From: a virus
Lineage: Duplodnaviria > Caudoviricetes
Length of the DNA: 40,637 nt
Direction: 5' to 3' (one strand)
Virus record (IMG/VR): IMGVR_UViG_3300020045_008796
Coordinates: 1-40,637 of that record
Below are positions 7,918-16,949 of the stretch, one piece after another (within the stretch, counting starts at the first letter, position 1; each line of letters begins with the position of its first letter). The position numbers and the translations under genes are program-made. Under the pieces are notes generated by a model. That model made no database searches. It was given only the letters and a program-made list of their open reading frames with translations, and was not told the DNA's origin.

Positions 7918-8337
7918 TTACTTTGTCGCGCCCCTAACCTTCTCCCAGCTACGGCCAGCAACGTAGCCAGTCATGACCACACCAAACAGGGTTAGCACCG
8001 GTTCAGGGATGGCGCTCATCCAGGCTTTGAAGCCCAGGGTGAAGGCAGCCGCAGCTTCCGGGTGGAAGATGGTCAAGACGCCCATCGGAATCGACCAAAG
8101 CAGGAGCACGTAGACAACATACAGGAAGCTCGGACGTGCTCGACTCGTCCATGGATCAGTGCTCTGCGCCTCGGCGATGATGGCGCTGAGCTGGACTTTG
8201 ATCTCGTCCAAGTCACCGGCCTGCTGCATCTTCAAGAGCTCGAGCCGCGCCTGTGCCTTCTGTGCCGGGTCGGGAAACAGCTTGTCGATGATCTTTGACC
8301 CGATACCAAAGATGCTGCTGAGTGTGATTGGGTCCAT
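7918..8337 (-). CDS. Putative holin (GTA-type 3TM holin family)
   Basis: Start at MDPITL (TAATG overlap); IIDKLFPDP, WTSRARP, hydrophobic helices, GYVAGRSWEK. Confidence 0.7.
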   Translation of the reverse strand: MDPITLSSIFGIGSKIIDKLFPDPAQKAQARLELLKMQQAGDLDEIKVQLSAIIAEAQSTDPWTSRARPSFLYVVYVLLLWSIPMGVLTIFHPEAAAAFTLGFKAWMSAIPEPVLTLFGVVMTGYVAGRSWEKVRGATK

Positions 8338-8525
8338 TATTTTGTCAGTGCCTGCGTAGTCACGACACGAAGAACTGCGTTGACCAGCGGGAGGCCAACA
8401 GCCACCAGAGTGTAAAAGTTCGCAGGCAAGAACGGTTGAAGCAGCCCCGTACTTGCTTCGAGTGTTGCAAGAGCTGCGACAATGGCATTGACCCAAAGAG
8501 TCTTCGATAGATACCAGGCTTTCAT
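8337..8525 (-). CDS. Small 2-TM lysis-cassette membrane protein
   Basis: MKAWYLSKTLWVN...; two hydrophobic segments; ATGA overlap with endolysin. Confidence 0.7.
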   Translation of the reverse strand: MKAWYLSKTLWVNAIVAALATLEASTGLLQPFLPANFYTLVAVGLPLVNAVLRVVTTQALTK

Positions 8526-8905
8526 GGATAGTCCTTCCAGGGTAGTTGAAAATGCGGTCCATCCTTCAGCTTGGTCCAATCGCCGCCCCATTCAAGGGGA
8601 ACCTTCAATTCTGCTGATGCCTTCTTCATGGCAGTAGCAAGCTGGTTATACAATGGCCAGTCCCAGCGGACGGAGCCGTTAACATAGGCGCCAATATCCA
8701 CAGCATGTCCAGTCAGATGCCGGCTCTTCATGGTCTGACTGGCTCCGGCTTTGACAAGCTGTTCTTGCCGAGCCTGGGAGCGAACCCCTTCCAGCACAGC
8801 AAAATCACATGTGGTTATCTCGATGGCACGGTTCACGACTTTCACGAGGTCCGGATGGACCCCGCTTAAGCGATCCTTCGACTTTTGGCTAAGGGAGAAA
8901 GTCAT
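8522..8905 (-). CDS. Endolysin, peptidase M15 (L-Ala-D-Glu peptidase)
   Basis: EGVRS..RQ, SRHLTGHAVD, WGGDW, DGPHFQL. Confidence 0.92.
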   Translation of the reverse strand: MTFSLSQKSKDRLSGVHPDLVKVVNRAIEITTCDFAVLEGVRSQARQEQLVKAGASQTMKSRHLTGHAVDIGAYVNGSVRWDWPLYNQLATAMKKASAELKVPLEWGGDWTKLKDGPHFQLPWKDYP

Positions 8906-9257
8906 GCTAACCTCTTCAATTTATACAGCGCGCGCATGTAGGAACCTTCCAATCCCTGCAACAGATTATCGACGGCAGGAAGACCGGAAGTGATGGCCTT
9001 GCGGTTCTTGTTGATCCAGACCAGGTCTTCCTCGAGCCGCGAGATGATGTCCGGCACCTTCGGCTGCTTGGGCAGGATGTCATCTCGATCAATTCGAATA
9101 TGCCTTGGTGTGCTTCAATAATAGGATCGATGCCATCGATTAGAGAGTCATACAACTCCCCCAGCGCGGTATGAGCAGCAAAGGACTTCGTGCGCCAGTG
9201 CTCAAGGTGCACCGCATTGCGTGTCGCGAAGACCAGGACAACCAGTTCTTCAATCAT
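8902..9257 (-). pseudogene. Ferritin/Dps-like four-helix protein (DUF5856-like), frameshifted by one base near 9080
   Basis: N-part HLEHW.TKSFAAH.ALGELYD...EAHQG; shifted frame continues ILPKQPK...YMRALYKLKRLA* ending in an ATGA overlap with the endolysin start. Confidence 0.7.
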
Positions 9258-9508
9258 GGCTTGTCCACCTTTCCGTCGAGCTTGTCTTCAATCCGATCGA
9301 GCTTTGCAAATATGGCATTGCTCAGCTTTTCTAGGTCATCCTTCTTCACGTAGGCACCAGCTACTAGAACTTCGATCTCGGCCACCTTGGCCGTGAGGTC
9401 TTTATCCGCTTTCTGGAGGTCTTTGACCGCCTGCCAGACGGCGTTAAGTAAAAAGCCTATCAGGCCTCCAAAGCCAGCAAGTAGCCAGTTGATAATTGCT
9501 TGATCCAT
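9254..9508 (-). CDS. Single-TM coiled-coil protein of lysis cassette (holin/antiholin-like)
   Basis: Start MDQAII after AGGA; N-terminal hydrophobic helix then charged coiled coil. Confidence 0.7.
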   Translation of the reverse strand: MDQAIINWLLAGFGGLIGFLLNAVWQAVKDLQKADKDLTAKVAEIEVLVAGAYVKKDDLEKLSNAIFAKLDRIEDKLDGKVDKP

Positions 9509-9518
9509 ATTGTTTTTC

Positions 9519-11426
9519 CTAGAGGCGAGTGAATGAAACTGGGTTGCCGCCGGTGTAGCGGATTTCATAGGCGGCTTGGATGCTCGCAAGCGTTGTTGGA
9601 GCCGAACCAGCACCGTTGTACTGCAATTTGAACGTGATCAGACTTCCTACGACAGTTGCTGACAAGGTCATTGCACCGATGGCGGCAAAAGCAGGGCTGA
9701 TGCCTGTATCGACGCCACCAGCCAATGTGGTGATAAACACTTGAGGATTGCCACTCGTGTTGTTGGTGATAAACACGTGGAACCGTTCCATGCGTGCGCA
9801 GTACCCGACGGCCGATGTTGCCGCCTCATCATTGACTGCTTGCACAACAACTTCAAAGGCTGAGTATCTGGCTGGGAGACTTGCAAAAGTTTCCTGTGTA
9901 AGGGCAAACAGATTCGTGGCAACGGTGCGAAGGATGTTCCCCTTGAACCCGTACTCATGACCTGCAACCAAAGGCACGCCAGTGTTGGGATCTGCCTGAC
10001 CAGTTGTGATGAGCAGGTTATCCTTACGCACATAGCGGGTGGATGTGTCTTCAATGTTTAAGCGGGTAGGTGCGGCATGAGCAAGACCTGAGACATCCGG
10101 GTCAAAGTTGTTTCCAATCCAAGTCAGTGATGCAATGTCTCCATTGCCTGCTGGGTGATTAAACGTGACTGATGGCGCGCTACCATAAGACGTGTTGCCA
10201 AAGAACCGATGGTCATAGCAGTGAGTTGTGTAGATGGTGCCAGGCAGGAAGATGTTCCCAGTGAAGACATTGCCAGAAGTCACGCCCATATGAACATCGC
10301 GAGAGTTGGCCTCAAAGTAGTTGCCCGCAAAGTAGTTGGTATTGGTACCAAAGCCAGTTGCATCAGGCAAGAGCACCAATGCGCCAAGGCCGCCAGCCAC
10401 AGTGGCTTGGAAGTTGCAACCAATGACACGGTTTCCAACACCACCCTTGATGACCAGTCCATTCTTATTGACTTGAAATTTGCAGCGTATGAACGTGTTC
10501 TCATTTGCAGCCTCTGAATCTGTGTTCGAATCCAGTGAACAACCTGCCGATGCCGCTCCAGATACGTTTGCACCAAATGAGCAGCTGTAGAACTCGTTGT
10601 ACTGGCCATAGAAGCTGTAGAAGCCAGCATTGATACCGTACTGGAATGAACAGTCGTAGAACGTTGCCCAAGACGATAGCAGTTGGACACAAGAACTGAT
10701 GCGGCCATATTGAGGATCAACATCGCCCTTTGAGCGGCCAGTAAACGCGATGCCTCTGAAGATGATGCCGATACCGGACCCAGTGCCAAGCCCAACTGAG
10801 TTATTTGCAAAGATGATGTACTCTTTGGTTGGAGCCACGAGGAATGGGCGGAACGTGACTGCGCCGTGGCCAACCCACTCAGTGAAGACGTTGGTACCAG
10901 AGACATCAAGGTTGAACGCGTAGTCGCCAGCGTCAAACAGAAGCTCACCGCCACCCGCCGCCTTCAAAGCAGTCCATGCTAGCGTGATGGCGAGAGTGTC
11001 GTCAGTTGTACCATTGCCAATAGCACCGTATTGCTTAACTCGAATGCGTGCACGGAGTTCATCCTGCACAGATTCAGTAACTGCACCAGTGCCAAGTTGG
11101 ACAAACGAGATGAGACTCGAGTCAAAGAGATTTGACGAGTTCTGAGACGAGCAGACCAGACCGCGCTTTTTGTCACGTACAGTCATGGAGAAGTTGCCAG
11201 TGGTGTAGATACGACTTGGCGCCCCATTGCGCATGGCGTAACCGCCAGAAGTTCGCAGTGGCTGAGCTGCTGGCGCAGTCATCTCAGCATCCCAATAGAT
11301 AGAGATGGGGCTTGTCTCAGGGTTCAGGTTTGGTGAACCAATATAGACGTATCCGTTATCGAGTGGCTGGCCGTCCAGCCCGGTAAATACCGGAAACGGT
11401 GTAGTGATGCTGTAGGTCGCTGTCAT
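9519..11426 (-). CDS. Tailspike: P22-like head-binding domain plus pectate-lyase-like beta-helix
   Basis: PFPVF...GQPLDNGYVYIG..NLNPE; VKQYGAIGNGTTDDT; N/G/F-rich beta-helix repeats. Confidence 0.88.
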   Translation of the reverse strand: MTATYSITTPFPVFTGLDGQPLDNGYVYIGSPNLNPETSPISIYWDAEMTAPAAQPLRTSGGYAMRNGAPSRIYTTGNFSMTVRDKKRGLVCSSQNSSNLFDSSLISFVQLGTGAVTESVQDELRARIRVKQYGAIGNGTTDDTLAITLAWTALKAAGGGELLFDAGDYAFNLDVSGTNVFTEWVGHGAVTFRPFLVAPTKEYIIFANNSVGLGTGSGIGIIFRGIAFTGRSKGDVDPQYGRISSCVQLLSSWATFYDCSFQYGINAGFYSFYGQYNEFYSCSFGANVSGAASAGCSLDSNTDSEAANENTFIRCKFQVNKNGLVIKGGVGNRVIGCNFQATVAGGLGALVLLPDATGFGTNTNYFAGNYFEANSRDVHMGVTSGNVFTGNIFLPGTIYTTHCYDHRFFGNTSYGSAPSVTFNHPAGNGDIASLTWIGNNFDPDVSGLAHAAPTRLNIEDTSTRYVRKDNLLITTGQADPNTGVPLVAGHEYGFKGNILRTVATNLFALTQETFASLPARYSAFEVVVQAVNDEAATSAVGYCARMERFHVFITNNTSGNPQVFITTLAGGVDTGISPAFAAIGAMTLSATVVGSLITFKLQYNGAGSAPTTLASIQAAYEIRYTGGNPVSFTRL

Positions 11427-11439
11427 TCGTAACTCCTTG

Positions 11440-14025
11440 TTATTTCTTACTGAGAGAATCTTGGATGCGCGCGCGGAGCTTACGATCTTTGACGTTTTTC
11501 ACAAGCATCCGGAGACCGCTCATGACGGGTAAAGGCATCCCGGCAGAACCACTGACGGCCATATCTAACGCTGCGAGTAGGACGCTGGCTGTATTGCTTG
11601 TATTCACAGCTCCGGGAGGAGTGGTGAACATAACCTTTGCGAGGTCGTTGACAGAACGCATCTGCTCTGCTCCCTTCTTGCCAAACAGATAGTCGAGCTT
11701 GCCTTCACTGTCCAGGCGCTTGATCGCTTTGTCCAGCGAGGCCGGAGAGATGATCTCGTTGCCATAGGTATCTCGAGCAACATTCTTAGTGGCCTCGTCT
11801 CGGATATACCGAACAGCTTGGCCCTGAATCTCTTTCCAAGCCTGGGCACCTTCCTCTCCACCAGTCTGGAGAACCTTTCGAGCTTGACGCATATCGTCCA
11901 GCGATCCACGAAATACGACCCGATCAAAGACATCCTCGAGGGCAACTTTGCGATCGGCCGAACCACGCTTATTGTTCAGCAGGTCAGAGATGACTGCGTG
12001 ATTCTCGTATTGGTCTGCATACTTGGCGCGGAGACCGCGCGCCTTCTGATAGAGCTCTCCGCCAGCGCCTTCGGTGGTGGAGTCGATGGCACGCTTGAGG
12101 TCTCCAGCGAATTTGATATTCGTTGGATCGGCTCCAGTGGTCTTGTTAACAAACTTTCGAAGCTGCTCAGTATTCGCCAAGGTCATGTCTTTGGCAATGA
12201 GCTGTCCATTCGCATCCTCAACTGCCCCGCCAAGTCGGATCAGCTCCTTCTTAGCAGCCCCAAGAACGGGGGCAGTGGATTCGGCGGAGACAGACTCGTT
12301 AAGGGCATCGACAACAGCCTGGGTGGAAACGGGTTGCGCAGTTTCGCCAGCCTTCTCGGCTTCTTTGTAGGAGGTACGGATCTCGACCTTGTCCCGAGCA
12401 GCTTTAGCGCGCAAGGCTTTGTCCACAGTAATACCGACTGCGCGGGTATCCGGTGCCTGCGCTCCAGTCTCATCAATCCAAGAGTCAAAGGATTGGCGCA
12501 CAGCTTGCTGTTGCTGTGCCATGCGCTCCCGGATAGGTGCACCAAGCTCCGCGTTCTTGGCAGCCTCTTGCTCGAATCGGAGTTGCCCAAAGTCGCGCGT
12601 TGCTTGGCCCTGAGTAAGCTCGACCGGGACCGGGAGCTCCTGGGCAGCAACACGGCGCATTGTGGCTACATCCGTTCCGGCCGCACCTCCGCTTGCTTTA
12701 GTTCCCAAGGTCGGTGCTGCGGTCGGCTCTTTCAGTCCAACCATGTCGGCGGCACGGCCAGGGGCATTCTTTACCGCTTGCACGGCTTTGGTAGCCCCTG
12801 TTTGCGCGATTTCTGCTGCCCTTCCTGCCCCTGCTATGACCGGGATGGCTGCAGCGCGCGTAGCGGCGTTTACCGCGGGCTGGGCGGCCTTTATGCCGGC
12901 ACCCAGGGCTGCCATTTCCCCGCCAAGCCCAGCAATGGGCATGAGCTGCTGCATTCCTTCGCCGACATTCCGAGCATACTCCTGTCCAACCTCTGTACGA
13001 GGAGCGTAGGTCAGCGCCTGGGCTCCTTCCATGGCGGAGCGCTCAACCATGTCGGCGGCTTCTTTAGTCCCGAACTGACCACTCAGGATTGCCTGTGTCA
13101 TGCCTTTGGCAGTTCCGCCAATCATGCCCACGAGCCCGCCTGTGAGGCCGGTACCAGTGGTCAAGGCAGCTTCGCCAGCACCGGTCAGCTTCTCACCGAA
13201 GGATGGCTCGCGCGGACGCTCAATGACGCCTTGCTCTGTTGGAGCTTGCCATCCTGGGCCGCCTGGGATTTGCGAGCTAGATGTCGGAGGTAATTTCACC
13301 AGACCGGCCTTGATATCGGCCTCCAGATCGGAGCGCTCTTTCTCCGTCATCTTACCGTTTACGTAGGCGTCAGTCACTTCTTTCGGAAGCATCACGGCAT
13401 CGGGCTGCCCGGTCGGGGAAGTAGCTTTCTGCCCCGCCAGAGTTGCCCCCTGCGGAAGCATCACGGCGCCAGACTTGACATCTGCCTCGAACTGGCTGGC
13501 TTCTTCGGGCGTCATCTTGCCGTCTTGGTAGGCTTGATACACCTGCGCAATGGCGTTCGGATTGACCGGTGCCTGCTTGGCAAGAGCGCGTTGAAAGGTG
13601 CTTTCGCCTTGTGGAGCGGCGGCCTTCTGGGCTTGCTGGTCAACCATAATTCGATTGACATAGGATCGGGTACGCGGACCCCAGTTTGAACGATCTGTGC
13701 CGCCGTGGTATTCGGCTACAGCGGACGCGACATCGCCCTTATTTCGAGCAAGAGAGTCTTTGAGGAGGAGACCAGCAACCTCAGCCGCGTTTTCCGGGCT
13801 GAGATAGGGATCTATGCCATACTTGTCGATTGCCGCTTTCCGGGTTGCTGGAATAATCTGGAAGGGTGTCTTAGCACCGGCCTCGGACACTTGGTCCGCG
13901 TTTGAGCGCTCACCTTTTGTCACAACAGCTGCCAGTAAGCCGCTCGGCAACCCGAGCTTTGCCTCAGTAGCTGTCGAGAGCTCCTTCCAGTATGGATCTT
14001 GGTAGCTGTTCGGAGCGGTTGCCAT
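11440..14025 (-). CDS. Large DNA ejection protein with N-terminal lytic transglycosylase-like domain
   Basis: GERSN...SEAGAKTPFQIIPAT...AVAEYHGG...TRSYV SLT-like motifs; third of three ejection genes. Confidence 0.8.
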   Translation of the reverse strand: MATAPNSYQDPYWKELSTATEAKLGLPSGLLAAVVTKGERSNADQVSEAGAKTPFQIIPATRKAAIDKYGIDPYLSPENAAEVAGLLLKDSLARNKGDVASAVAEYHGGTDRSNWGPRTRSYVNRIMVDQQAQKAAAPQGESTFQRALAKQAPVNPNAIAQVYQAYQDGKMTPEEASQFEADVKSGAVMLPQGATLAGQKATSPTGQPDAVMLPKEVTDAYVNGKMTEKERSDLEADIKAGLVKLPPTSSSQIPGGPGWQAPTEQGVIERPREPSFGEKLTGAGEAALTTGTGLTGGLVGMIGGTAKGMTQAILSGQFGTKEAADMVERSAMEGAQALTYAPRTEVGQEYARNVGEGMQQLMPIAGLGGEMAALGAGIKAAQPAVNAATRAAAIPVIAGAGRAAEIAQTGATKAVQAVKNAPGRAADMVGLKEPTAAPTLGTKASGGAAGTDVATMRRVAAQELPVPVELTQGQATRDFGQLRFEQEAAKNAELGAPIRERMAQQQQAVRQSFDSWIDETGAQAPDTRAVGITVDKALRAKAARDKVEIRTSYKEAEKAGETAQPVSTQAVVDALNESVSAESTAPVLGAAKKELIRLGGAVEDANGQLIAKDMTLANTEQLRKFVNKTTGADPTNIKFAGDLKRAIDSTTEGAGGELYQKARGLRAKYADQYENHAVISDLLNNKRGSADRKVALEDVFDRVVFRGSLDDMRQARKVLQTGGEEGAQAWKEIQGQAVRYIRDEATKNVARDTYGNEIISPASLDKAIKRLDSEGKLDYLFGKKGAEQMRSVNDLAKVMFTTPPGAVNTSNTASVLLAALDMAVSGSAGMPLPVMSGLRMLVKNVKDRKLRARIQDSLSKK

Positions 14026-15398
14026 TACTTAGCTCCTTGAGCATGGCGCATGTAGCTGCGGGTCGGTACAGCCGCTTGCTCCTGCTGCGCAGAGACAGCT
14101 TTCACCTTCTGTGGTACATAGGTGTCCACAAATTGCTTAAAGGTTGTTCCGGCAGGGACTGCGACGCCATCGATCTCGACATCACGCTTTGCCTTGCCCA
14201 GGCTTTGCACGGAGCCAAGCCACTCGGCTTTCGCGTTGTTCAATACTGAATCATACGTTTGCAGCTTAGCGGCACCGCGAAGGAAGGATGCCATGCGCTC
14301 TGGACTAGCCGTGTCGCTAGGGACACCAGTCATAGCGGTCTCGATGTCCTTGTCGGAGGTGGAGCCGGCTGCCACCTGCTTGTATGCAGCCATGGCTGCC
14401 GGAGTCACAATGCGAGCATACTCAGAGCGGATGCGCGTCAGCTCGTTCTGGTCACCGAAGGTCTTCTTCCAGAACTCTCCGACCTTGGCAGTAACTCCAC
14501 CGCCAAGCTCGCCGGCTGCCTTGTCGATCTGTCCAGCAAGGTCATTCATGCGTGCCGCTGACTGCTGGGCAGAGATGGATTCGGTGGTCGCTGCTGAGAG
14601 ATCTTTATTGATGAATTCGGGGAGCGTACCGTTTTTCTGGTTCAGCTCATACAACTTCATCTCAACTTCAGACTGCAGCTTGTCGCGGTCAAGGCCAAGG
14701 CGCGAAGAGCGCTCGCCAATCTGGCTATCCAAGTTGCGGATCTCAGCCCCTTTGAAGCGCTGCTCGATGTCCAAGCGTGCCGGGGTAGCGGCCGCCTCAT
14801 AGCCGAGTTTAGTAGCCTCCGCTTCGCCCTTGCGAACCTCCCCTGGGAGCTTAGCCAAGGTAGAGAAGGTAGTCGCGAACTTGTCAGGACCGAGGACAGA
14901 CGAAAGCATTAAGCCGGCAGAATTCAAGGCGACTTGCGGGTGTAGGTCTACCATCTGGAGCATGGTACTGGCTGCCTGAGCATCTTGCTCATTTCCGGAG
15001 TTCTTGGCAGCTTCGACTTGCTTGGTCAACAGGTCTTTGGCAATCTCCGGCTTACCGGATTGCAGCGCGGCATAGACCTGCGTGGCCTGCCCGAGCCGAG
15101 CCTGCTGCTGATCGGTGTTGAGCATGCTCCAGGTATTCTTGAAGTGCTCAGCCAATTGAGGATATTTTGTGGTAATCTGCGCAAAGTCCTGAGCCGACGG
15201 GTTGGCCTTCTGTGCCAGAGCGCCAAGGTCGGTCTGCATCTGCTTCTGTTGCTCGAAAGCTGCTTGCTTCTGTTGCAACGCCAGTTGCTGCGCCTGGGAT
15301 TGATCCATGGCATTGCTGATATTGAATCCAGCCTGCACTCCTTGCAGCGCCCCTTCGAATGGACTCTTTACATCCAGAGTATAGTTCATCGGCTGCAT
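14025..15398 (-). CDS. DNA ejection protein (P22 gp20 position)
   Basis: Start MQPMNY in TAATG overlap; Q/A-rich helical; synteny. Confidence 0.7.
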   Translation of the reverse strand: MQPMNYTLDVKSPFEGALQGVQAGFNISNAMDQSQAQQLALQQKQAAFEQQKQMQTDLGALAQKANPSAQDFAQITTKYPQLAEHFKNTWSMLNTDQQQARLGQATQVYAALQSGKPEIAKDLLTKQVEAAKNSGNEQDAQAASTMLQMVDLHPQVALNSAGLMLSSVLGPDKFATTFSTLAKLPGEVRKGEAEATKLGYEAAATPARLDIEQRFKGAEIRNLDSQIGERSSRLGLDRDKLQSEVEMKLYELNQKNGTLPEFINKDLSAATTESISAQQSAARMNDLAGQIDKAAGELGGGVTAKVGEFWKKTFGDQNELTRIRSEYARIVTPAAMAAYKQVAAGSTSDKDIETAMTGVPSDTASPERMASFLRGAAKLQTYDSVLNNAKAEWLGSVQSLGKAKRDVEIDGVAVPAGTTFKQFVDTYVPQKVKAVSAQQEQAAVPTRSYMRHAQGAK

Positions 15399-16042
15399 TA
15401 GAATTTCCCCAAGAGTTTCATAGTGCCCAGCATCGAGGCGGTATTGCTGATTCCGCCCCACATGTTCGACTGAGCTTGGCCTTGCGCCAGGGCCGAGCCG
15501 GCTTGGGCAGCACCTTGCTGTTGAAGAGCATTAATAATTTGATTCGACGAGTTCTGCCCGGCATTACCAACGCCGGCAGCAGCATTCTGGCCGATGCTTG
15601 TTAGTCCACCTAAATTGCCGTACTGCTGCTGAATCAGCTGGTTCAGTAATTGCGGTCGGAATTGAGCGAGCGCCCCCTGGGTATTGCCACCGCGGAGACC
15701 ACCGGTGGCAGAAGCATTTTGAAGAATGGCGTTCTCCCCTTGCTGCTGCATAGCCTGCATCTGTGGACCCTGGGCAATAGCATCGATCGCGCTCTGCTGA
15801 GCAGGCTGGCCACTAAGGCCGATCAATGCCTGCTGCTGCCCGAGAGCAGAGGTTCCGGCGGAGGTGTATGGCTTCAACAGCTCCTGAATTGCGTTGAATT
15901 GCCGTTGCGATTCGGCAATGCTTTTGTCGCTGGCCTGCCCTTGCGCCTGGGCAGCGGAGGATGCTGCATCGGAGGCTGAAGAACTTGCCATATAACCGCC
16001 GACGACCGTTGCGCCGGCAACTGCTACTAGTCCCCAAGTCAT
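15398..16042 (-). CDS. DNA ejection protein (P22 gp7-like)
   Basis: G/A/Q-rich; LQNASATGGLRGGN motif typical of gp7-like proteins. Confidence 0.8.
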   Translation of the reverse strand: MTWGLVAVAGATVVGGYMASSSASDAASSAAQAQGQASDKSIAESQRQFNAIQELLKPYTSAGTSALGQQQALIGLSGQPAQQSAIDAIAQGPQMQAMQQQGENAILQNASATGGLRGGNTQGALAQFRPQLLNQLIQQQYGNLGGLTSIGQNAAAGVGNAGQNSSNQIINALQQQGAAQAGSALAQGQAQSNMWGGISNTASMLGTMKLLGKF

Positions 16043-16476
16043 TGGAGTTCTCCTTGTACGGGAGAGGCACCGAGTTCCAGAACCTCCGGTTCAATATGCT
16101 CAGCTTCCACCACCGTGAGGTCTTGAGTGTCGGAAGGGTTGAGGTGGACAGTGATGAATTGGGTGTCTTCGAGGGCTAGTACAACGCGCTTGACCCCAGC
16201 TTGCGAGACGGAGACGTGCCCGGGCTCGACGACAGTCCGTCCGAACTCGCTGATGACCTCAGCGCGGCCTTTTGTCACGACCAAGAAATGAGCATGCCGG
16301 TGAGTCTTTCCAACTAAAAGCATACCGGCTGGTACGGTCAATTCTCGCAGATACATTCCGGGCGCGAAGAAGTGGGTTGGTTCTGGCTGTTTGGTTTGAT
16401 GCGGAAGCATCGCTTCCTGCAAGCGAACGATCTGCTCCCGGGTTGGGGCAGTCTCTACGGTTAGCTCAGAGCTCAC
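16039..16476 (-). CDS. Cupin-like hypothetical protein
   Basis: HFFAPGMYLRELTVPAG...GKTHRHAH...ITVH; GTG start after AAGGAG. Confidence 0.75.
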   Translation of the reverse strand: MSSELTVETAPTREQIVRLQEAMLPHQTKQPEPTHFFAPGMYLRELTVPAGMLLVGKTHRHAHFLVVTKGRAEVISEFGRTVVEPGHVSVSQAGVKRVVLALEDTQFITVHLNPSDTQDLTVVEAEHIEPEVLELGASPVQGELQ

Positions 16477-16552
16477 GGCATCTCCTTTTCAGGGTATGAG
16501 CTGCTGGCTGCTCTGAAGGCTCAGCTAGGGATGCTTGGCATCACATGGGGCA

Positions 16553-16592
16553 ATTATAAGCCTGAGGCAAATACGATCGCCACAGGCTTATA
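16553..16592 (-). promoter_or_regulatory. Inverted repeat enclosing a TATAAT box; candidate late promoter or terminator
   Basis: 14-bp inverted repeat with one mismatch (16555-16568 / 16579-16592); minus-strand TATAAT at 16553-16558. Confidence 0.5.
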
Positions 16593-16598
16593 GATCCT

Positions 16599-16934
16599 CT
16601 ACGTAATCTCTCTTCCTGATGCGGAAAGTGTTAAGGACGCGCCGCTTCCTGCCAAGGTGGAAATAATACCGCCCGGTTCAAGTACTTGTCCGACGAGTTG
16701 CGGACAAGTATAAGTTTCTCCGGGCGCTATAGAGCGCGCAGATAAGACAAGATTAGCAGCAGAAGCAACTCCTCCAGATGGGAGAAGATTTACGCTAAAG
16801 GGTACATTCAAAGCAGTAGTGTTAGTAACTGTGAATTTATCTATAACACACGTGCAATTGAGTGCCGTGTATTGAGCAGTTTGTGCGTTTTCGGCTTGCT
16901 TTCGAGGGATAATGTTTTTAACTGTGACGGTCAT
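16599..16934 (-). CDS. Hypothetical virion protein
   Basis: AGGAG RBS; beta-rich; within tail module. Confidence 0.75.
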   Translation of the reverse strand: MTVTVKNIIPRKQAENAQTAQYTALNCTCVIDKFTVTNTTALNVPFSVNLLPSGGVASAANLVLSARSIAPGETYTCPQLVGQVLEPGGIISTLAGSGASLTLSASGREIT

Positions 16935-16949
16935 GACTCGCTCCTAAAA

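Noticed and set aside
11818-13293. Long antisense ORFs (also 999..1943, 3428..4321, 22177..23118, 33151..34062)
   Set aside because: Shadow frames of high-GC coding genes with no motifs or RBS.
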